Shown here: positions 44,601 through 53,800 of the stretch, one piece after another
How positions within the stretch are numbered: the stretch's first letter is position 1
Layout of the letters: each line of letters starts with the position of its first letter
Virus record (IMG/VR): IMGVR_UViG_3300027804_002057
DNA: 64,000 nucleotides
Reading direction: 5' to 3' (one strand)
Origin: a virus
Program-made: the position numbers and the translations under genes
The notes under the pieces: generated by a model
What the model saw: the letters and a program-made list of their open reading frames with translations, nothing else
What the model was told of the DNA's origin: nothing
The model's database searches: none

Positions 44601-47600
44601 TTTCAGAACCAGTAAATGGAGTTATTACATTAAATCCATAATCAGGTGAAACCGATGCGGTTACTGAACCAGATTTAATTTCGGTTGAGATTAATGCATC
44701 TTCAGTCAATGCTGAACGAGGTATTCTTCTAAGATATGTACCTTCTGCGTAAATAAATGATGATGAACCTATAAACAATCCACCACTTACATCATTCAAA
44801 TACAAGCTACCACTTATATCAACAGAACCAGTAAATTGTGAACCGATTTGTGTACTAAAGAAATCAGTATCTATTGATGATGTGAATGGAGTTATAACTT
44901 TAAATCCATAATCAGGTGCTACTGAAGCAGTTACAGAACCTGATTTAATTTCCGTAGATATTAACGCATCTTCAGTAAGAGCTGAACGAGGTATTCTTCT
45001 TAAGTATTGTCCTTCTGCAAATATATAAGAACCAGAATCTATATAAACACTACCAGTTATATCCAATGAACCAGTAAATCTAGAACCAACTTGAGAACCT
45101 GTGAATGGAGTAATTACATTAAACCCATAATCAGGTGCTACCGATGCTGTTACACTACCACTTTTAATTTCAGTACTAATTAAAGCATCTTCAGTTAATG
45201 CTGAACGAGGTATTCTTCTTAAGTATTGTCCTTCTGCGTAAATAAATGATGATGAATCAATGTAAACTGCTCCACTTATTGCGTTTACATATAAGCTTCC
45301 ACTCATATCAACATCACCCAACAATGATATTTGTGCGGATGCAGATACCGCATCTACTACATTTATAATTCCCTGCATTGCAGAGTGCATTTGACAAATA
45401 TAGTATAATGTATTTGGTGCACTTCCAGAAACTAAGAAAGTTATTGTACCAACATCATCACCATTATTTGTTACCCAACTATTATATTGTTGTGTAAGTC
45501 CAGTTACTGCCGTATCTTTAATCCAAAACGGATGACCAGATGCATTAACATTAAATGTGTATTCAGTATTTCTTACTAAAGTAATGGTTGGATTTGAACC
45601 ACTTGCTGCTCCACTAAACACATAAGCGTTACTACCATCATTGGTAACATCAAATACTCTATTAAGGTCTTGCGGATTTATAATTCTAGCAGATGATGAT
45701 ACTATAAAACTACCTGTAATTGTAGAGAATGTATTTACTACAAATCCATAGTTAGGAGAAATTGATGCAGTTACAGAACCAGATGCCAATCTTACCGCAT
45801 CTTCAACTATTGCTGAACGAGGTATATTAACTAAACCAGCACCACTACCACTAAATACAGATGCAGATACACCACTATTAAAGAAAGAAGTTCCATCGAC
45901 AGATAAGCTTGAACTTAATATTGTTTTTGAACCACTTACAAATACACTTCCAGTGAATTGAGAACCACTTGCTAAAGATTGTACTTTAAATCCAAATACA
46001 GGCGAAACTGATGCAGTTACCGAACCTGATTTTATTTCAGTTGATATTAATGCATCTTCACTTAATGCGTTTCTAGGAATATTTCTCAAATAAGTACCTT
46101 CACCAAAATATGCAGATGAAGAACCAAGCATTAATGCTCCACTAATAGCACTTATAATTACACTACCAGATATATAAACACTACCACTAATTCTTGAACC
46201 ACTATATGGAGATTCTACAATAAATCCTCTATCAGGTAAAGCTGAGGCAGTTACACTACCACTTGCAATTCTAAATAATTCTTGCGAAAGTGCTGAGAAT
46301 GGAATATCTGTCAATCCAGCACCACTACCACTAAATACAGATGCAGATACACCAGATTGGAATCTAGTAAATCCACTAACTGATAAACTTCCACTAAAAG
46401 TAGAACCACTTGCTACCGAAGTAACAACAAATCCAAAATTAGGAGATACTGATGCAGTTACGCTACCACTAAATATTTTTGATGTATCCAAATCAGATAT
46501 TGCCGCAACCGGAATATCAAATAATTGTCTACCACTACCACTAAATGAGCCTGTTCTTAAAAATACAGAACCACTTAAAAATAATGAACCCGTAAATTGA
46601 GAACCCTTTTCAGTTGATTCTACTCTAAATCCAAATGTAGGTGAAACCGATGCGGTTACTGACCCAGAAAGGATTCTATTTGTATCCAATGCATCAGGTG
46701 CTAACGCTGTTCTGGGAATGTTAAATAATCTTTCACCACTACCACTATATGAAGAACCAGATGTTAATTCGATACCTCTAGCACCACTAATAAATAATGA
46801 ACCAGTTAATTGAGTACCCAACTCACCAGATTGTACAATAAATCCTTTATCAGGTAATGCAGAAGCTGTTACCGAACCACTAGCTATTTTTGTTGTCTCT
46901 AATGGTGGTATAAATATATTTGTTAATCTACTACCATCTCCAACAAATGAACCACTAATTTCGTATCCACTCATTGATACGGCAGTAATATTTTGTGCGG
47001 TTAAAGAGCCACTAATACTAACACTACCAGATATTTCAGAACCTTTTTCTGCAGATTCTACTCTAAATCCATAAACAGGAGAAACTGATGCCGTTACTGA
47101 ACCAGAAGAAATTCTAAACGAATCTCCAGTGAAAGCTGAACGAGGTATGTTAAATAATCCACTACCGTCACCTTGAATAAATGATGCACTTATCGATGCG
47201 GTAACTTCTCTAGCTACAATTCTATCTGATACAAATAAACTACCACTAATAACCACATCAGGTCCTCTTTGTAAAATAGCATCTACAATATTAATTGTAC
47301 CAGCCATTATACTATGAACTTGGCATATGTAATATAAAGTAGAAGGAGAACCTACCTCTGGAGTAAATGTTATTACACCAACATCATCACCATTGTTTGT
47401 TACGCCTGTATTGTATGCATTACCAGTACCAGTTGTTTGTGCTGTCTTAATCCAGAAAGGATGCCCCGTAGCATTTACATTAAATGTATATGTTATTCCT
47501 CTTACTAAAGTTAAAGTTGGATTTAATCCATTTGCTGCTCCACTAAATAAATAAGCAGATGCCCCACTATTAGTTACATTAAATACAGTTTGTATAGATT

Positions 47601-49812
47601 CACTTGGTAAGTATGTAGCTGATGCTGATATAATCATACTACCAGTGAATGTAGAGAATGTATTTACTCTAAATCCTTCATTTGGTCTAATAGATGCCGT
47701 TACAGAACCACTACCAATTTTTGAAAGGTCTAAATCAGGAATAGCATCAATAGGAATTTCTCTTAATAATTTACCACTACCAGAGAAAGAACCAGTAAAT
47801 AATTCTATATTTCCACTTACAAATAATGAACCAGTAAATTGAGAACCACTATTTGGAGAATATACAACAAATCCCTTTTCAAGACTAACCGAAGCACTTA
47901 CTGAAGCAGTTACACTTCCAGTTGCCATTAAAGTAACTTTAAGGGCATCAACAGCTAAAGCAGATAATGGTACGTTTCTTAAATATGTACCATCCGCAAA
48001 TAAGAATGATGATGATTCTATATAAACACTACCACTAAATTTAGAACCACTTTGAACAGAAGTTACAACAAATCCTTCATTTGGTGCTACTGAAGCTGTT
48101 ACACTACCACTAGCTATAAATGTAGAAAGTAATGCATCAGGTGCTAGTGCTGAACGAGGTATATCAAATAATCCTTTACCACTACCAGAGAAAACACCAG
48201 AACCGCTTGGTATGAATATACTACCACTAACATCCACACTTCCGGTAAATTCAGAACCACTATTTAATGATTCCACTCTAAATCCATAAACAGGAGAAAC
48301 GGATGCAGTTACCGAACCAGATTCAATTCTTGGTGCGGCTGCTGCTTGTACATTTGTAAGTTGAGAACCATCTCCAATAAAAGTAAATGCTCTAACACTA
48401 CCGCTTACATCAACACTTCCAGTAAATTGAGAACCAAATGCAGAACTCGTAAATGGAGTTTGTACTCTAAATCCAAAATTAGGAGAAACAGATGCGGTTA
48501 CACTACCACTTTTAATTTCAGCAGAAATAAGAGCATCTTCAGTAAGAGCCGTTCTAGGAATATTTCTAAGATTAGTACCATCACCATAATATGTAGAACC
48601 AGATGCTAATCGTATTGAACCACTATTAGGATTTACAAATAAACTACCCGTAATAGAAACACTTCCAGTAAATTGTGAACCGCTTGTAGTTGATGTTACT
48701 ACAAATCCTTGATTTGGTGAAACAGATGCTGTCACACTACCACTAGCAATTAATGGAGAAAGTAATGCATCAGGTGCTAATGCCGAACGTGGAATATTAA
48801 ATAATTTTTCACCACTACCAGAGAATGAACCACTATAAATTCCAATTATAGCTCCACTAACAATTAATGAACCTGTAAATTGAGAACCGCTTGCTAAAGA
48901 TTCAACTCTAAATCCAAAATCAGGAGATGTTGATGCCGTTACCGAACCACTACCAATTAAACTAGCAACTTCTGCATCCGGTGTTAAAGCTGAACGAGGA
49001 ATATTTCTAAGATATGTACCCTCACCATAATAAACCGATGATGATTCTAAAATTAATGCACCAGAAGTAGCTGTTATAACTAAACTTCCACTTAGGTAAA
49101 TACTACCAGTAAATTGTGAACCACTTTCAGATGATATTACTTTAAATCCATCACCAGGACTTACAGATGCTGTTACCGAACCAGTTGCTATTTTTACAGC
49201 TTGCGGTAAATTAAATAAATTTGCACCATCTCCAAAGAATGAACCAGTAAATGAACCAGTAAATGATGAACCGCTAATATTATTACCTATAAATTCACTT
49301 TGTACTCTTACTGAACCCGTAAATTGTTGTATATCAGAATCATCATTTCCAAAAATATTTGAACCCGATGAATAAATTATTGAAGAAGATACAATATTAA
49401 CAATAATTTGGTCAGCATAGATTGATTCATCAACTACCAAATTACCATGAATATATGTATTAGTATTTACATCTAAATTTCCTTCTACAAAAGATGCGGT
49501 TGCAGAACCACTAGCTATTTTAGTTGCTGATGGTAAATTAAATAATTCAGAACCATCTCCAGTAAAAGAACCTGTAAATGAGCCAGTAAATCTACCAGAA
49601 GCTCTATCTAAATCTAAACTACGAACAAATCCTCTATTACCCTGGTCATCAGAAACTACGATAGCAGGAGAACCAGAAAGTGAAGCGCTAAAGTTTGGTA
49701 CACCCAAATTAGGTTCAACTTGAGATAAATCAATAAATTGATACCTGTCCTGCGTTACATTTTTTGGGTTTACAACCCTTACCCTTCCTGTTAATAGATT
49801 ACTAATTGCCAT
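38620..49812 (-). CDS. Giant fibre protein (3730 aa): about 25 SGSVTAS-type repeats, two cupredoxin-like inserts, about 1100-aa Gly-X-Y tract, C-terminal fibre-tip domain
   Basis: Repeat G.G..L..IP.SAL....I.SGSVTASVSP..GF.V....GSQFTGS; GHPFWIK...YYICQ.HS.M.G twice; VHNLGIRYPMVQVY; C-terminal TIDLSLGNNF...TWP...WAGGSAP.LT..GIDV..F.T.DGGTTYYG. Confidence 0.85.
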   Translation of the reverse strand: MAISNLLTGRVRVVNPKNVTQDRYQFIDLSQVEPNLGVPNFSASLSGSPAIVVSDDQGNRGFVRSLDLDRASGRFTGSFTGSFTGDGSELFNLPSATKIASGSATASFVEGNLDVNTNTYIHGNLVVDESIYADQIIVNIVSSSIIYSSGSNIFGNDDSDIQQFTGSVRVQSEFIGNNISGSSFTGSFTGSFFGDGANLFNLPQAVKIATGSVTASVSPGDGFKVISSESGSQFTGSIYLSGSLVITATSGALILESSSVYYGEGTYLRNIPRSALTPDAEVASLIGSGSVTASTSPDFGFRVESLASGSQFTGSLIVSGAIIGIYSGSFSGSGEKLFNIPRSALAPDALLSPLIASGSVTASVSPNQGFVVTSTTSGSQFTGSVSITGSLFVNPNSGSIRLASGSTYYGDGTNLRNIPRTALTEDALISAEIKSGSVTASVSPNFGFRVQTPFTSSAFGSQFTGSVDVSGSVRAFTFIGDGSQLTNVQAAAAPRIESGSVTASVSPVYGFRVESLNSGSEFTGSVDVSGSIFIPSGSGVFSGSGKGLFDIPRSALAPDALLSTFIASGSVTASVAPNEGFVVTSVQSGSKFSGSVYIESSSFLFADGTYLRNVPLSALAVDALKVTLMATGSVTASVSASVSLEKGFVVYSPNSGSQFTGSLFVSGNIELFTGSFSGSGKLLREIPIDAIPDLDLSKIGSGSVTASIRPNEGFRVNTFSTFTGSMIISASATYLPSESIQTVFNVTNSGASAYLFSGAANGLNPTLTLVRGITYTFNVNATGHPFWIKTAQTTGTGNAYNTGVTNNGDDVGVITFTPEVGSPSTLYYICQVHSIMAGTINIVDAILQRGPDVVISGSLFVSDRIVAREVTASISASFIQGDGSGLFNIPRSAFTGDSFRISSGSVTASVSPVYGFRVESAEKGSEISGSVSISGSLTAQNITAVSMSGYEISGSFVGDGSRLTNIFIPPLETTKIASGSVTASALPDKGFIVQSGELGTQLTGSLFISGARGIELTSGSSYSGSGERLFNIPRTALAPDALDTNRILSGSVTASVSPTFGFRVESTEKGSQFTGSLFLSGSVFLRTGSFSGSGRQLFDIPVAAISDLDTSKIFSGSVTASVSPNFGFVVTSVASGSTFSGSLSVSGFTRFQSGVSASVFSGSGAGLTDIPFSALSQELFRIASGSVTASALPDRGFIVESPYSGSRISGSVYISGSVIISAISGALMLGSSSAYFGEGTYLRNIPRNALSEDALISTEIKSGSVTASVSPVFGFKVQSLASGSQFTGSVFVSGSKTILSSSLSVDGTSFFNSGVSASVFSGSGAGLVNIPRSAIVEDAVRLASGSVTASISPNYGFVVNTFSTITGSFIVSSSARIINPQDLNRVFDVTNDGSNAYVFSGAASGSNPTITLVRNTEYTFNVNASGHPFWIKDTAVTGLTQQYNSWVTNNGDDVGTITFLVSGSAPNTLYYICQMHSAMQGIINVVDAVSASAQISLLGDVDMSGSLYVNAISGAVYIDSSSFIYAEGQYLRRIPRSALTEDALISTEIKSGSVTASVAPDYGFNVITPFTGSQVGSRFTGSLDITGSVYIDSGSYIFAEGQYLRRIPRSALTEDALISTEIKSGSVTASVAPDYGFKVITPFTSSIDTDFFSTQIGSQFTGSVDISGSLYLNDVSGGLFIGSSSFIYAEGTYLRRIPRSALTEDALISTEIKSGSVTASVSPDYGFNVITPFTGSEIGSRFTGSVSVSGSLTVTDFFYGDGRYITNVQAAAAPFIASGSATASVASGDKLIVTTAYTGSDVGIEFTGSVSVSGSVYAQFFVGDGSQITNVQAAAAPFIASGSATASVASGKQFVVTTSQTGSAYGSLFTGSVDVSGSVRAFAFIGDGSQITNVAAAAAPRIVSGSVTASVAPNEGFIVTSYSSGSTFYGDVKLYTGSFSGSGANLFDIPASALQDLQLDRIQSGSATTIQRPEILDVSTEITAARYSGDGGGLFNIPANALQDLKLDRIQSGSAQAVISPDKGLEVNTSLRIFSGSATISGSVFVSGGNVILQSGSTYVGDGSGLYNINIANLSFETFILKSGSITASISPDKGFVVNTSSFIWGDFYNVSNTAYLNKVTASQYVFAPFFTGSFLGTYNFQGVGPTASAEYDILRFDESRGYFVPQPETSLTETVSFNNVSDLTIVHNLGIRYPMVQVYATGSEDQILPGTVKSIDEDTIQIKFAGLTSGHVVIGSGGSLINGTITGDRVFGEVLSSSYARRAGIADAVTGFDSASLVALSASLANANAYVRNDQTSSMNVFGAVSSSYALTASYVASLQGLELTDYVKNSATASMTVLSASYARTASYALYAANAANVDVSNFVLSSATSSMLVGTASLAYTASYALYALNAEGVNTASFLQVNKDSSINANLTISGSLGVSGSLLLGNLPSGSSEDVVIWNSITKKLERRNIVAAVGSSGTAGTGGSSGTSGSSGSSGSAGSSGSSGTSGSAGSSGSSGTSGSDGSSGSSGSSGSSGSSGSSGSSGSSGSSGSSGSSGTSGTSGTSGTSGSSGSSGSSGSSGSSGTSGTSGTSGTSGTSGSAGTSGTTGSSGTSGSSGTSGSSGTSGSSGTSGTSGTSGTSGTSGTSGTSGSSGSGGSSGTSGTSGTAGSGGSSGTSGTSGTSGTSGSGGTSGTSGSGGSSGTSGTSGSSGTSGTAGTAGSGGTSGTSGTSGTSGSGGTSGSAGSGGSAGSSGSSGSGGTSGTSGTSGTSGSGGSSGTSGTSGSDGISGTSGTSGTSGSSGTSGTSGTTGSSGTSGTSGTSGTSGTSGTSGEDGTSGTSGSSGSSGTTGSSGSSGTSGTSGTSGTDGTSGTSGSSGSSGTSGTSGSSGSSGTSGTDGTSGSSGTSGSSGTSGTTGSSGTSGSSGSSGTSGSDGTSGTAGSSGSSGSAGSSGTTGSSGTTGSDGTSGTSGTSGSDGTSGTSGSSGTSGTDGSEGTSGTTGSSGTSGSSGTSGSDGTSGTSGTSGTSGSSGSTGSSGTSGIDGTSGTSGSDGTSGSSGTSGTSGTQGTSGSDGTSGTSGTSGLDGTYFGSSGTSGTSGTSGSSGTSGTSGTSGTSGLDGTFFGSSGTSGTSGTSGSTGTAGTSGSSGTNGTGGTSGTSGTSGLDGTYFGSSGTSGSSGTSGTSGTSGSNGTAGTSGSSGTSGLDGTFFGSSGTSGTSGSNGTSGTDGTSGSSGSSGSSGTSGLDGTYFGSSGSSGSSGTSGAGSSGTSGSSGSSGTSGLDGTYFGSSGSSGTSGTSGAGTSGSSGTTGTAGSSGTSGLDGTFFGSSGTSGSSGTNGTSGSSGTSGIAGSNGTSGSSGTSGFDGTYFGSSGTSGSSGTAGSSGTSGTSGTSGSSGSSGFDGTYFGSSGTSGTSGTSGSTGTNGTSGTSGTSGISGTSGFDGTYFGSSGTSGTSGTSGSNGTSGSNGTSGSTGTNGTSGTSGLDGTFFGSSGTSGSSGAPGATGSAGSSGTSGTTPPGFTSGTSGSGGTSGETGTSGTSGTTPPNFTSGTAGTSGETGSSGTSGTTPPGFTSGTSGTAGLTGTSGTSGTTPPNFTSGTSGTNGFSLTGATDNGLLTYQVTPVAAIVESNLTFDGTTMSVTGNVASTTYRETYYDYGTGGSVTIDLSLGNNFRRQFNATSTIAFSNAPASNSFGFTFTMVNAGTYALTWPVNLDWAGGSAPILTSTGIDVLTFFTFDGGTTYYGFVVGKNMS
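39068..42435 (-). repeat. About 1100-aa Gly-Ser/Thr triplet tract with 11 (L/F)DGT(Y/F)F and 4 TTPP(G/N)F interruptions
   Basis: Read directly from the translation. Confidence 0.92.
43450..49600 (-). repeat. About 25 tandem repeats of roughly 65-80 aa, SGS(V/A)TAS type
   Basis: Hand count of (S/T)GS(V/A/I)TAS-like cores; the last three are divergent. Confidence 0.8.
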
Positions 49813-49842
49813 TCGTACTTTCCAGCTTTGTTATAAATATTC

Positions 49843-49873
49843 AAAAAATCACCTATAAATATTATAGGATGAT
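49843..49873 (-). terminator. Probable intrinsic terminator after the 304-aa gene
   Basis: Minus strand atca(t)cctata-atatt-tataggtgat followed by a T-run. Confidence 0.6.
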
Positions 49874-49881
49874 ATATATCG

Positions 49882-50796
49882 TTATTCATTCGCAGATTCT
49901 AGTAGTGATAGAACTACTGATAAATCTGTTGAGCCGGAAACTATGAATCCATAACCTTCTTCCAACACCAATTTACCAGAAACAACCGGTGAAAGTGAAT
50001 CTGCTGGCGGTATTGTTACATTTGTTACTAATTGAATTGCTTCTTGAGCTGCAAAGTTTGGCGTTTCTATTGTAGATTTTATTACATTCAATAATCCATC
50101 GATTACATACATAGATTGTGAAACTTCTTGTATGCTTGAACTAAATGAAGTATTAAATGATTGAGTTGTTGCACTTTGATATAGTCTGGATACAAGTTGA
50201 GAACCTGTAATTGAATTATTAGCTATAATTTGCTTTGATAAAACAGATATGTAATCTATTGCTTGCAAAGATGCACTATACTCTGTTGAATCTATTAAAG
50301 ATATTCCATTTTTAGTATAATATGCTTTTGCTGCTTTATTTGTTCTTATAATTTTATCATTTGATATATCATATGATATAGCATCTACATTATCTAATGT
50401 ATAATTTTCAAAGAAAGAAGAAATAAATGTAAATGGTGTTTCTGATAATGAGTTTTGAAATTGAGTATATGCTGCAACTTCTTTTCTTATAAATTGTCTA
50501 TTCAAAGAAAGTAATGCAGATGCACTATCAAAACTTCCACTGTAATTTGCTAAAGATGTAGAGCCACTAATAAAAGAACTACCACTATACACTGTTTCAA
50601 AATTAGGTATAGGTAATTCTCTATTAGATGTAACTAATATAGTAACAGGTTGTACTACCAAACTATTATTTGTTATTTGTGCGGATAACACAATAGATGA
50701 TACACCTGTTGGTGTTATATAAATTTCATCTTGTTCACCAGTCAGATTTGTTACAACTGACTGGAATCGATTTAACGGTACAAAAACTTCTGCCAT
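49882..50796 (-). CDS. Adaptor-like virion protein, 304 aa, with an inserted helical repeat unit
   Basis: Termini resemble 36578-36910 (SIVLSAQITN; KLVLEEGYGFIV...VVLSLLE). The middle resembles one repeat of the giant upstream protein (LLSLNRQFIRKEVAAY...VDAISYDI). Confidence 0.75.
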   Translation of the reverse strand: MAEVFVPLNRFQSVVTNLTGEQDEIYITPTGVSSIVLSAQITNNSLVVQPVTILVTSNRELPIPNFETVYSGSSFISGSTSLANYSGSFDSASALLSLNRQFIRKEVAAYTQFQNSLSETPFTFISSFFENYTLDNVDAISYDISNDKIIRTNKAAKAYYTKNGISLIDSTEYSASLQAIDYISVLSKQIIANNSITGSQLVSRLYQSATTQSFNTSFSSSIQEVSQSMYVIDGLLNVIKSTIETPNFAAQEAIQLVTNVTIPPADSLSPVVSGKLVLEEGYGFIVSGSTDLSVVLSLLESANE

Positions 50797-50813
50797 TTTA
50801 TTTTATTTTCCTT

Positions 50814-53800
50814 TTATATTTGTAGAGCCAATGAGAACGGAGTTACTAATGAGAATAGAGATTTACTAAATGTTCTACCCACAAGAGTACCAGTTGCCTG
50901 ATTAATACTTAAACCCGTACCAATTCTAAAGTCACCATCTTGGTTACCAGAGGTAAAGAAGATTCTACCACCACCCAATTCCGTAATCTCATAAATTGGG
51001 TTTGCCACACCACTACCACCCTGATTTGGTGGAAGTGCTTTAAATGTAACACCACTACCATTATAAGAGTAGTCAATACCAGTTGCCACAATCAATGAAC
51101 CAAATGATTCTAATGGTGCACCAGCTGCAACAAACTCTGCTCTTGTTCTTAAATATCTATTAGTTTCCAAAGTCTCTAATTTTTGAGAACTAATTACTGC
51201 TTGAGCGCTTCCGTATTGGCCCGTATAGTATGAAGATGCTGCTGCTATTGCTCTTTCATTTCCACCATACAATAAATCCGTTGCACAAGCATCTACAATC
51301 AATCCAGTATCACGAGAACAAGACGCCTCATTATATACTAAATATGGGAATGCTCCATTTGTATATCCAATTGCTCTTTGTTTTAATTCTTCTTTAGCTG
51401 CTACTAATCTTACTGCTGCTTGTCTTCTCTTAGTAGATGGTGCTAAATAAGTTAATAAAGTATTTGCAACAACTTTTTCAGAAAGTCCTCTTGCGAAGTT
51501 TATACCATCAACAGTTTGTTTTTTCTGTCCAATTGTACCATTATCAGTATAACTATCGTAAATAGCTACTGAAGGTATTCTATAATAGTAAGAACCTGCT
51601 TCAATACTTCTTTCGTTACCACCATAAACTAAATCAGTTCTAATAGCATCTATGATAAATCCTAAGTCACGAGAACAACTTACTTCATTATACTTTAATG
51701 TACTCCAAGAAGAACTTAAGAATGTTATAGTTTCTTTTTGAATTAAAGATTTATTGTATTTTAACAAATCAACAGTAGTTACTAACGATGAAGATGGTAA
51801 TTGGAATGTTGGGTTTGTAATAACTTTAGTTGCCAATCTACCAGCCCATCTTACACCCGTAATTGTTGGGTCTAATTGTGATGCTTCAGATGGTACACCA
51901 GCTACCGTTGCTTTTGATGGGAATGCAAAGTAATAAGTACCAGCCGTTACACTTCTTTCAGTACCACCATATAGTAAATCAGTTGCTGTCGCATCTATTA
52001 AGTAACCAACATCACGAGAACAACTTGCTTGGTTATAATAAACACCGCTCCAAGAAGAACTTACATATGCTATTGTTTCTGCTGCTATAAATGTTTTATT
52101 TTTTCTTAATAAATCAAATGATGCTGATACTTGAAGTGATGCAGTTTGGAATACTACATTTTGAATTACTTTTTGTGCAATTCTACTTGCGTAGTTAATA
52201 CCTTCAACAGTTTGTTTTAATTGACCTTCACCATCACCATCTCCTAGCAATGTTGCTTTAGATGGATACTTAAAGTAGAAATCAGCACTCATATAAGTTC
52301 TTTCATTTCCACCATATAATAGGTCAGTTGCCACACCATCAATAATATATCCAACATCACGTCTACATTTTTCTTTATTATAATCAAATGTACTCCAACT
52401 AGCAGTTAAATATTGTATTGTTTCTTCTTGTATGAATTGTCTATTGTTTCTAAGTAATTCAACTGAAGCAGAAACTGCTTGAGATGCTGTTGTAAATGTT
52501 GTATTTTTAATTATGTTTACAGCTACATCTTTTGCGAAATTAACTGCGTTTATAGTTTGTTCTACTTGCGAACCAGTTGCTTTAGATGGATATGTATAAT
52601 AGTAAGTACCAGCTTTAGTACTTCTTTCGTTACCACCATAAAGAACATCAGTTGCTACAGCGTCTATAATCAATCCAACATCTCTCTTACACTTGTCTAA
52701 ACTATATGTAAATTCATTCCAAGAAGAAGTAATATAAGAAAGAACTTCTGCTTGTATAAATCCTTTGTTTTGCTTCATTAAAGCATGTGATGCTGAAGCG
52801 TGTGCTGAAGCCGTTACAAATTGTGTATTTACAATTAATTTTTGTGCCAATTGTCCAGCATATCTAATACCATCTAATGTTTCATCTAATTGTGAACCAG
52901 TTGCTGATGATGGGTATAAGAAGTAATATCTTCCAGCTTCTCTAACTCTTTCGTTACCACCATAATATACATCAGTTGCTACCGCATCTAAGATGTATCC
53001 CAAATCTCTTTCACACTTAGATTGGCTGTATAAGAATGGTGTATCGGTATTTGAGCCCGTTACCCAAGAAGAGCTTAAATATGCTATTGTTTCTTTTTGT
53101 ATAAATGATTTGTTTTGATTCAATAATGTCCAAGCAGTTGTTCTTTCTAAAGATGCAGTTTGATATTGGATATTTTGAAGAACTTTTTGTGCCATTCTAC
53201 TTGCGAAGAATATACCATCTAAAGTAAAGTTTAATTGAGATGTAGTTGCTTGAGATGCTGATTCAAAGTAGAACTTACCATTTACGATAGATGCCGAATC
53301 AACACCAAATAACATATCTTCCGCTGCTCCACTTATAATCAACCCAACATCTCTCTTACACTTAGATTCATCGTAAGAAGCCGTACTCCAAGAAGAACTA
53401 ATATATGCAATAGTTTCGTTTTGAATGAATCCAATGTTTTCTTTCAATAAATTATATGCGTAGTAAACATTTGATGCAGTTGATGGAGTTGAATAATTAA
53501 CAGGAGTTCCTGCTACCCCAATTCCATTTGCTATAATATTAGTTACAATTGAAATAGATGCTGATATTAAAGATGCTTCATAATCAGTACCATAAGATGA
53601 ACTTAGATATTGATTTGTTGTTGTAAATTTAATACTTTGAGATACATTTGATACCAATGATGGTATTACACCAATACCATTTTCAATTATATTAGTTACA
53701 ACAGCAAATGATGAACTTACTCTATTTACTTCATAAGCTGATGCCGAATTTGAAGATGTATATTGAGTTTGTGAAGTTACTTTAATATTATTTGCTGTAT

